The notes: a model not told the origin generated them from the letters alone. Counted from the stretch's first letter, positions 26,514-34,418 are shown. The stretch is DNA of 40,000 bases from Sulfurospirillum multivorans DSM 12446 (GCF_000568815.1 NZ_CP007201.1:1705654-1745653); one strand, 5' to 3'. Program-made: numbers and translations.

Positions 26514-26971
26514 GAATTGTCAGTAAATCCATTGTCTATTATGTTGTCAATATATTGATTAAATGATGTAATACCTTTATCTATTTTACCCCTGAAAAAA
26601 TCTCTATTTTGTACATTGAAACCATGATATTCAAAGTAAGCATACTGATGAATCCAATATTGAGAAAAGCATACATGTGCATGATATTCCAAGTAAACTT
26701 GTACCAATTTTGAATCTTTTTGCAGTGCTATTTCCAATAATGCCCAAACCACTTTCTCAAGCTTTAGAGATCGCTTTTCATCAAATATTGTTTCAGCTAT
26801 TTCCAATAAAACAAGGTTCTTACTATGTAATAATTTCACAAAATAACGCCATTCATTAAACTGCAAAGAAATCTCTTTTAAAATGTGAATACTATGTCGT
26901 GATAAGTTAAACATCTCTTGTTCAATGACAATATAATGAAATTTATTCTTGTAAGCGTATTTAATCATCAA
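26514..26971 (-). pseudogene. Tyrosine recombinase 2, N-terminal portion cut off by the TIR element
   Basis: Start overlaps the stop of recombinase 1 by 11 nt. The present stop (26501-26503) is supplied by the TIR. Confidence 0.75.
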
Positions 26972-28127
26972 GCTTTCTTTGTAATTCTAATAAACGTTGA
27001 TTAATATCCTCAGCATGTTTTTTTGCAAAATCTTTAACTATTGCAGCATTGGCATGCTCAACATAAGGCGTGATTGAGTCAATTGTTTTCCATCCCATGA
27101 TATGTCTAATGATTTCATCTGTGAGATTCAATTCACCATTCACCATAGCCTTTACAAGTTTTGTAGCTTTGTCAGAACGTCCAGAATGTGTACGCACATT
27201 ACCTAATATGCCTGCTTTTTTTGCCGCAATCTTCAAGGCACTACGAAAAGACGAAGCAGAGTATTCATTAAAATGAACTTCTTTTTCAATTGCGCGGGTA
27301 TTGACAAATAGTGCATCATTGTACTTTAAAGCTTTTATTTCAGCAGGATTACGCTCATGTAAAATATAATTTTCAATAACTTTGACCGTTTGATCACCTA
27401 GAACGATGGTTCGTTTTTTACCACGACCTTTACCTTTTGAGCGACTTGGTATGATTGTGTTATCTCTAGGGTTGTAATCTTTGAGCTTGACAGAAAGGAC
27501 TTCATCAATTCTCATCCCATGTAGTGTAAGAAGAAAAATGGATCGATTTCTATAATTAGTAAAATTTGAATAGATCGCTTTTATTTCATCATCAGAGTAT
27601 TCCATCACATACTCTTTGTTTGCTGTTTTGAATTTAGTAAGGAATAGATCAAGTGTTGCATCAGTGATAGATTCAACATGATCCCAGCGTAAAGATAATG
27701 TTGTTTTGTATTGTAAAAAATTACCCTTGTGCCAATTATTGATTTCAAGGACACTATGGTCTGTAAATTGCCAAAGAAATTTGTAAAATCGAATTATCAT
27801 TTCTTTGTGCCTCATGATTGTCGTGAAACCTATATTAGGCTCATTTACAATTTCACAAGATTTTGAATCAAAATTAATAATATAAAGAATATAAGCTTTG
27901 ATATCAGCATCAGTCGCATTCCAGTATTCAGTGTCTCTTTCTAATAAAAAGTTGAAAAATTTCACCAAAATATGACCAACAAGCTTCCCATATTTTAATG
28001 AATTTTTTGATCGATTACTAACAAATAAGCTAGAATAAAAATCTGGAACATTAGGGCTACATATGAAGAAAAAATACGTTATTGTCCCATTATTATGAGT
28101 TTTCCTGCCATAGCGCAACTGATACAT
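26961..28127 (-). CDS. Tyrosine recombinase 1 (388 aa), Tn554 TnpA-like by architecture
   Basis: LHGMRIDEVLSVKL (Arg box), RTHSGRSDKATKL (H-x-x-R), HIMGWKTIDSITPYV (Trp/His and Tyr). Confidence 0.85.
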   Translation of the reverse strand: MYQLRYGRKTHNNGTITYFFFICSPNVPDFYSSLFVSNRSKNSLKYGKLVGHILVKFFNFLLERDTEYWNATDADIKAYILYIINFDSKSCEIVNEPNIGFTTIMRHKEMIIRFYKFLWQFTDHSVLEINNWHKGNFLQYKTTLSLRWDHVESITDATLDLFLTKFKTANKEYVMEYSDDEIKAIYSNFTNYRNRSIFLLTLHGMRIDEVLSVKLKDYNPRDNTIIPSRSKGKGRGKKRTIVLGDQTVKVIENYILHERNPAEIKALKYNDALFVNTRAIEKEVHFNEYSASSFRSALKIAAKKAGILGNVRTHSGRSDKATKLVKAMVNGELNLTDEIIRHIMGWKTIDSITPYVEHANAAIVKDFAKKHAEDINQRLLELQRKLDD

Positions 28128-28813
28128 GAATAAATCCTTGTTTTCAGCAAATTTAATAATCTATGATTGAGAGGAAGATTGTTTATTGTATTCTAGGCAT
28201 AACTTTTTTTTTATAAATTTATAAATTAACTTTGAAAATACCACTTATTAAAAGCTTAGAAAAAAATTTATAAATATGATATTTGTTCCTTAAAAACGTG
28301 ATATTTATACGGATAGATTCTAGATTCAGAAATGAGAAATAAAAGGTGAAAGTAGTGAGGCCTGAGCCTTTAGAGCTCCGACCTTAGCATCATTATTAAA
28401 AGATAGTACATGTAAGAAGTGGAAGGACACTGGAATATCCAACCAAAAGGTGGGCATACATCTCACTACTTTTGAGATGAAAATTTTAGCACAATTTATA
28501 GTTACTCGTTGGCATATTATATTTAATACCAAAACAACCTTTTAACTTGACGAAGATTCAATGTTCTTTTAGCAATGTAAAGACTATATTAATTTTGTAT
28601 TGCTAACCAACTATCGATTGATCTGACAAGTGTTTTGGAAAGGTATAGCACCATTTGAGGTGTAAGTACAAGCAATAAAGTGATAAAACGAAGAAGAGTA
28701 AACTTTGAGTTTGTCTGCTATTTGTCTTTCGCTAATATTCTAATTCATCTAAATAGACTTTTTTGATAAATTGTCCTGGATAAATATGAGAATATATTGA
28801 TGATTTAAGCTAT

Positions 28814-29428
28814 CTAGCATAGCTTTAAAGGCATAAACCGTGTGTGTTCCACACCAACATTCACACAACGCTTATCTTCGTTGATTTTAGAGTGAATATG
28901 CCCATGATAATTTAAATCACAGTGACACCAATCAAACAGAGTTTCTAATACTGCTTTTCTCTCATTCTCAATCTCTTTGGCATAGACATCATTATAAAAG
29001 CAAGGGTAATGGGAGAATAAGATACGTTTGCCTTGAAAGTCTTGAATCCAACAGATGCATGAGTCTAAAAGTTCTTGAGAGAACGTATCATGTAAGCGTT
29101 GTTCAATTACACACTTTTCTTCCAATGGGATATCAAGCACAATCGAATCAATCACTCTATTAAAACCATGTTCTTTTAAAAATGCACTGCTTTTTTTAAA
29201 ATCATGATTGCCTTTTAAGAGGGTAATCTTTCCCTTAAGCACTTTGGTATAATCCCAACCTTTGGACTTAAAGGCAAAATCACCTAAGTGCCACACTTCA
29301 TCTTCATCACTCACAACACTGTTCCACAAGTCTATCATCATTTCATCATCAATACTTTCACGTAAAGGTTCATAGAGTTTAATATTATCATGACCAAAAT
29401 GGGTATCTGCAATAATGAATAATGACAC
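28814..29428 (-). CDS. Calcineurin-like metallophosphoesterase (204 aa)
   Basis: Contains IIADTHFGH, LGDFAF, GNHD and GHIH. Confidence 0.85.
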   Translation of the reverse strand: MSLFIIADTHFGHDNIKLYEPLRESIDDEMMIDLWNSVVSDEDEVWHLGDFAFKSKGWDYTKVLKGKITLLKGNHDFKKSSAFLKEHGFNRVIDSIVLDIPLEEKCVIEQRLHDTFSQELLDSCICWIQDFQGKRILFSHYPCFYNDVYAKEIENERKAVLETLFDWCHCDLNYHGHIHSKINEDKRCVNVGVEHTRFMPLKLC

Positions 29429-29752
29429 AAAGTGACCTTTAAAATAAACGAGATGAATTAGCAGTTATTGTAACGAGGATATGATGAGTGGAAGATTAAC
29501 CTTAAATTTGTGATAGTTGGGTAAACATACCACAAAACTAGACTAGACATATTAAAGTTTTTTGGTATTTCACTTCAATTTTTTAAAGAATATTTTTTTG
29601 CGAAAACTATAAGTATACTTATGAAATAATGTACACTTAATTATTCATATAAAAATTATATTTATAATGAAAATAAACAATTGTACTTTCTAAATTAATC
29701 GTATACAAATGCTAATTAGCAGGAGTAAAATTTTTCAAAAGGAGGTAAAGTT

Positions 29753-29872
29753 ATGGCTTATACAAAACCTAAAGTTTTGGCAAAAAGTACTGTTCAAATG
29801 GCAGATTGTCGTCCGAATAGTCAACCAAGTGGTAGACCTTGTAATCCACCAGGCCCAAGGGGTGGTAAATAA
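29753..29872 (+). CDS. 39-aa candidate RiPP precursor peptide (not in the ORF track)
   Basis: GGAGG lies 7 nt upstream of the ATG. Translation: MAYTKPKVLAKSTVQMADCRPNSQPSGRPCNPPGPRGGK. Ends 57 nt before the rSAM gene. Confidence 0.65.
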   Translation: MAYTKPKVLAKSTVQMADCRPNSQPSGRPCNPPGPRGGK

Positions 29873-29929
29873 AATTATATCTGGTAGTGTGCTTAAAAGC
29901 ATACTACCTCATGTAGGGGGAATAATTAA

Positions 29930-31423
29930 GTGTTTTTCAAAAAAAAATCTAATGTAATATTTAGAAATTTTAAATCATTTGGCTATGTAACTGATAATCG
30001 TAATTTTGGATATAAAAGATTAAACGATAACAGAAAAGATATTGGTGATAAAATTTTATCTGAAAGTGGAGCTGTATTTTTATCAGTTTTGAGCAAAAAA
30101 GCACAAGCTATTGATGAACTTTCAAAAAAAATAAATAAAATATACCCCGACATTGATATTGCATCAATAAAAAATGATGCCCAAGAGTTTTATTTGGATT
30201 TGGAAAAAGATGGTTTTATTATTTCGGGAAAGACTTTAGAAGAGTGCGATGAAAAAGATGAAAAATTTTCATACACAAACATTTTAGAGTCTAATTTAGA
30301 AACTAATCCTAATAATATATCCTATTTTGAAAATGAGCGATCTACACAAGATTTTTTAAGAGAATACTTTAATGACAAGCCGCAACTTACAAGCTTACAT
30401 GTAGAAATCACAAGTAAGTGCAATGAAAGATGCATACATTGTTATATCCCACACGAAAATAAAATCAGTCATATAAATCCTGATCTATTTTACAGTATTT
30501 TAAATCAAGCTATAAAGATGAATTTGCTACATATAACATTAAGTGGTGGCGAACCAATGCTCCATGATAACTTTTGTGATTTTTTGGCAAAATGCAGAGA
30601 AAATGAATTTTCTGTAAGTGTTCTTAGCAATTTAACATTACTTAATGACCAAATTCTTGAAGAAATGAAAGCCAATCCTCTGCTAGGTATTCAAGTCTCA
30701 TTATACTCTATGGATTCAAATATTCATGATGAAATAACCGCAATAAAAGGAAGTTTTGAAAAAACAAAAAAAGCAATTTTAAAACTTATAGAAAACAATA
30801 TCCCTCTAAAAATAAGTTGTCCAATATTAAAACAGAATAAACATTGTTACCATGATGTTATAAAGTGGGCAAAAGAGCATAAAATTAGCGTAGGAAATGA
30901 TTATGTGATAATAGCAAAATATAATCATTCAACACAAAATTTGAATCATCGTTTGTCAATCGATGAAGTAGAAGATGTAATGAATGATATAGCCAAAAAC
31001 GATACGGAATATATGGTTCAAATGGATCGCGAAGTAGAAGAAAAACAGAATATGTCTGAAAATGATTTTGTATGTAGTGTTTGTCTTTCTTCCATGTGTA
31101 TTGCAGACAATGGAAATGTATACCCATGTGCTGGTTGGCAAGATTATATAGTGGGAAATATAAAAAATACTCCTTTAAAAGAAATTTGGGATCATGCAGA
31201 AAAAGTTAATTATTTGAGAAATTTACGAAAAAAAGATTTTCCTCAATGTCTCAAGTGTTCAGATAGAAATTTTTGTACCATGTGTATGGTAAGAAATGCA
31301 AATGAAGATCCACAAGGGAATCCATTATCGGTTAATAGTTTCTTTTGTAAAACTGCTAAAATTAATAGAATTATGATGGATAAATGGAAAAAAGAAATAA
31401 ATAATGAGAAATGTTGCTTATAA
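29930..31423 (+). CDS. Radical SAM / SPASM-domain peptide maturase with N-terminal PqqD-like (RRE) region
   Basis: CNERCIHC (CX3CX2C). C-terminal Cys clusters CSVCLSSMC..YPCAGW and CLKCSDRNFCTMC. N-terminus ILSESGAVFLSVLSKKAQAIDELSKKINKIYPDID..EFYLDLEKDGFI resembles PqqD. GTG start. Confidence 0.85.
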   Translation: MFFKKKSNVIFRNFKSFGYVTDNRNFGYKRLNDNRKDIGDKILSESGAVFLSVLSKKAQAIDELSKKINKIYPDIDIASIKNDAQEFYLDLEKDGFIISGKTLEECDEKDEKFSYTNILESNLETNPNNISYFENERSTQDFLREYFNDKPQLTSLHVEITSKCNERCIHCYIPHENKISHINPDLFYSILNQAIKMNLLHITLSGGEPMLHDNFCDFLAKCRENEFSVSVLSNLTLLNDQILEEMKANPLLGIQVSLYSMDSNIHDEITAIKGSFEKTKKAILKLIENNIPLKISCPILKQNKHCYHDVIKWAKEHKISVGNDYVIIAKYNHSTQNLNHRLSIDEVEDVMNDIAKNDTEYMVQMDREVEEKQNMSENDFVCSVCLSSMCIADNGNVYPCAGWQDYIVGNIKNTPLKEIWDHAEKVNYLRNLRKKDFPQCLKCSDRNFCTMCMVRNANEDPQGNPLSVNSFFCKTAKINRIMMDKWKKEINNEKCCL

Positions 31424-31463
31424 AATTTATGATCATGTGGAATACGCCATCAAAAAAATTAGT

Positions 31464-31770
31464 ATGAAAAATGTTAATTTCATAAAAATTATCATAAGCC
31501 TTCTGCTCTTTCTAACCCTACAATTATTTGCTTCTGATGTTCAAAACAACTTCGTCATTCAACCAGACTCGAAAAATTGTGAATCAATTATAAAACGATG
31601 AAAATAAAGATTTGCTTGTTCAAAGAGGTTGCTGTTCACATCATGGTAGAGTTTGTGGTTGCCAAAGTGGTCGAGTGACCTGCTGTGATGGAAGTTATAG
31701 CCCAAGCTGTACCTGTAAAGGTGGAGAAACTATTATTGATGAAGATGAAGGGTTTAAAATTAAACTCTAA
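31464..31770 (+). pseudogene. Frameshifted secreted Cys/His-rich protein
   Basis: A signal peptide ORF (MKNVNFIKIIISLLLFLTLQLFA..) stops at TGA 31599-31601. The next frame continues ENKDLLVQRGCCSHHGRVCGCQSGRVTCCDGSYSPSCTCKGGE.. to TAA 31768-31770 and has no ATG of its own. Confidence 0.55.
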
Positions 31771-31900
31771 TCAATAAATTCTATTTGCAATTTTCTAAAT
31801 AAAAACCATTTGAAATAAATTTTGGTAACTATATACAAGTTTACACAAAATTAGTTTTTATTGTATTGCCTATTAGCTAAGCTTTTAAAAAAAAGCTTAG

Positions 31901-32956
31901 CTAAAATAATTTACTTTGTGGCTTTTTAGATTGTCTTTTACTTATAGTTTTCCCCTCATTGTTGGGGTTAAAGTCGAGAGCCTTTTTTAGGTTTTTATTA
32001 TAAGTTGATAATATTGTTTCATCTTTTGTTTCTATAATATGCCCTTTATTATCAGTTTCAAAAGGTAATTCATATTGACCTCTTTGTCTATCAATTGATT
32101 TTTGAAAAAGATATTTAAACTCTTCAAAATTATCTGCAATTCTCATTAATGGAATGGTATCTCTTATTTGATTTGTTAAATGTTCTAACCCATCTTCAGT
32201 TAAATAACTGTGCATTCTTTCTGTATCATTTCCAGATTGACTTTTTGATACCTTTTCTTTTAATTTTTCTCTTACCCCAATTGGAAGTTGGTCATAAATA
32301 TATGTGTTTGTCCAAGTTCCAATTACTCCGGGTCTATTTTTTATTCCATGAACAGTATAATCCCAACCATTTAATCTAAAAAATTGTCTATATAACTCAT
32401 CTGGAAAAGTTTTTTCCCATTTTCTTTTTTCTTCCGCAATATAAAAGCCTAATATCTTTTGTAGCTCTTCTTTTTCTCTATCATATTGATAACCTGTTGC
32501 TTCATCAACTAATGCAGTAATACCTATTTTTGCAAGTGACCTTATTAATATTTCCGCTTTCATAGCTTTTGGTAATTGAGAACCTTGTAAAGTCCTATGT
32601 TCTCTAGCTTTTAACCAAACTTCACAAATTTTAGGAAAAATTGTTGCGTTATACCCTTTTAGAATATTTTCTCCATCTGTTGTATATTCTATTGGTATAA
32701 GGTCCATTTCGTCAAAAGTACTTTCAATAAAGGGTTCTAAAGCTTTTGAAGCTACAAAAATAGGTAAAGGTCCAAATCCATTTTTATTTTCATTTTTGTT
32801 TCTTAATTTATAATTTTTTCCACCAGTTGAACCGAAATTTTTTATAATATTAGTTTCATTCAAAATTCTTGTTCCATCTTCTAAAACGGCGCATGGAATA
32901 ACTATATCACCTAATGTTAGCTCTCCTTTATAATCAGCTTTTAATATTTTACCCAT
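31901..32956 (-). CDS. Passenger protein (351 aa), probably P63C-domain family
   Basis: LTLGDIVIPCAVLEDGTRIL, FVASKALEPFI and ALVDEATGYQ resemble P63C-domain proteins as I remember them. Overlaps the transposase stop by 8 nt. Confidence 0.5.
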   Translation of the reverse strand: MGKILKADYKGELTLGDIVIPCAVLEDGTRILNETNIIKNFGSTGGKNYKLRNKNENKNGFGPLPIFVASKALEPFIESTFDEMDLIPIEYTTDGENILKGYNATIFPKICEVWLKAREHRTLQGSQLPKAMKAEILIRSLAKIGITALVDEATGYQYDREKEELQKILGFYIAEEKRKWEKTFPDELYRQFFRLNGWDYTVHGIKNRPGVIGTWTNTYIYDQLPIGVREKLKEKVSKSQSGNDTERMHSYLTEDGLEHLTNQIRDTIPLMRIADNFEEFKYLFQKSIDRQRGQYELPFETDNKGHIIETKDETILSTYNKNLKKALDFNPNNEGKTISKRQSKKPQSKLF

Positions 32957-33812
32957 TAATCAATCCTTTATAAGTTGTTCTAATTTCAGTATTTGACAAT
33001 AGTAGATTAAATCTATTTGCTTCGCTTCTATTTCGAGTGTTATATCTGAACACAAACTCATCTACATATCTTTGAAGATGTTTTTTAGATGTAAAATGAT
33101 AAATACCAATGATACCTCTTTTTAATAGTGACCAAAAACCCTCTATTGTATTTGTATGAATTCTACCATTAACATATTCACCTTGATTAAGTTTAACTAT
33201 TGAGTGGTCATAAATTCTTGAAACGCCTTTATATCCTAACCATTCATCTGTATATAAACTAGCAGATAGTTTTACATTTCTGATAATTTCAGTTGTTAAA
33301 GTTTCAGATTTAACATCATTAATTTTTTTAGCATTTAATTTTCCGTTTCTTTCAACCATTCCAACAACATGTCTATTTTTATTTTTTCCACCTACATAAG
33401 TTTCATCTGCTTCAACTGTATTATCCAAATCGTTATTATTTTCAATGCCAAAGCACGCTCTTATTCTTTGCAGCATAAACCATGCTGTTTTTTGAGTTAC
33501 ATCAATATCTTTGGCAAGTTGTAAAGAAGATATACCTTTTTTATGAGAAGTTACAAGCCAAATAGCCATAAACCATTTTTGAAGTTTTACTTTTGTGTTA
33601 TCAAATAAAGTTCCTGTTTTAACATTGAAATATTTAGAAGTATTTTTACACCTATATTTATGATTAGAGCATTTATAAACCGTAGATGTTCTATCAAACG
33701 GACTGACAAAATATCCATTCCATCTAAGTTCTTCTAAGTGTTTTATGCAAGTTTCTTCATCGGGGAAAGCGCTTATCAATTCCAATATTGATTTAAAATT
33801 TTGATTTATCAT
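32949..33812 (-). CDS. IS1595-family (ISXO2-like) transposase (287 aa from MINQNF start)
   Basis: ATG 33810-33812 follows TGGAG. Zn-ribbon region (YKCSNHKYRCKNTSKYFNVKTGT), LQLAKDIDVTQKTAWFMLQRIR and VEADETYVGG. Confidence 0.85.
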   Translation of the reverse strand: MINQNFKSILELISAFPDEETCIKHLEELRWNGYFVSPFDRTSTVYKCSNHKYRCKNTSKYFNVKTGTLFDNTKVKLQKWFMAIWLVTSHKKGISSLQLAKDIDVTQKTAWFMLQRIRACFGIENNNDLDNTVEADETYVGGKNKNRHVVGMVERNGKLNAKKINDVKSETLTTEIIRNVKLSASLYTDEWLGYKGVSRIYDHSIVKLNQGEYVNGRIHTNTIEGFWSLLKRGIIGIYHFTSKKHLQRYVDEFVFRYNTRNRSEANRFNLLLSNTEIRTTYKGLING

Positions 33813-33998
33813 GCAATACTCCAATGTTTTATAAAAGTATTGTAGTATTTGATTACACAAATGTCAAGTTTTTTGTGTAAACTTGTATGTAATTTCCTAA
33901 ATTTTAGTTGCATCCCCTTGATTCACATCACCCACAATATCACCTTGATATGCTAATATCCTGCTTTAAAAAGTATCTTCTTTAGTTAGGGTTTTTGT

Positions 33999-34418
33999 AT
34001 GAAAAAAGCATTGTTTCACACTTCATTGTTTTCTATCATACTCTATGCCGCACCAACAGTATGTCCTCAGTTTTATTTGGATGGTGATGCACCAAAAATC
34101 GTGAATGAGAAGTTAGCTGTTAAAACCAAAGAGTTATGTTTTGAAGCATTTGGTGTCATGCATAGTGGTATTTCTAAAACACCACTATGAAGTGCAGAGT
34201 ATTTAACAGCATCTGCTATTGATGCAGATGTGCCTAGAAAAGATAAATTCCATGAAGAGACTCTTTTACCCCAAAATGAGAGAGCAGCACTCAAAGACTA
34301 TGCTAAAAGCGGTTATGACAGAGGACATATGAGCCCTTCAGCTGATATGCCAACCGAATCGGCTCAAGCTGATAGTTTTAGTCTAGCCAATATGGTTCCT
34401 CAAGATTTCTATATATAA
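33999..34418 (+). pseudogene. DNA/RNA non-specific endonuclease (NucA/EndoG family) remnant
   Basis: A signal peptide is followed by an in-frame TGA at 34188-34190, at the position where this family usually has Trp (as I recall it). The same frame continues to DRGHMSP and LANMVPQ, then ends prematurely at 34418. Confidence 0.75.

Larger units (their letters stand above)
31824..33897 (-). mobile_element. IS1595-family element (2074 bp) with passenger gene and 8-bp TSD TAAATTTT
   Basis: GGTAACTATATACAAGTTTACACAAAA (31824-31850) matches the reverse complement of 33871-33897 at 24 of 27 positions. TAAATTTT lies at 31816-31823 and 33898-33905. Confidence 0.9.

Noticed and set aside
28326-28532. 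68-aa minus-strand track ORF next to recombinase 1
   Set aside because: No RBS and an implausible sequence. It overlaps the candidate structured segment, which I report as a non-coding observation instead.
29709-29957. 82-aa track ORF spanning the precursor-peptide region
   Set aside because: It has no RBS. It is out of frame with the well-initiated 39-aa ORF (GGAGG + 7 nt + ATG) and runs across the rSAM start. Its sequence has low complexity. I treat it as a frame artefact.
34188-34190. TGA read as Trp (alternative genetic code) in the nuclease gene
   Set aside because: TGA clearly serves as a stop for other well-supported genes in the window, for example 6071-6073 and the rcnA stop at 36166-36168. 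A TGG to TGA mutation in a decaying gene is the simpler reading.
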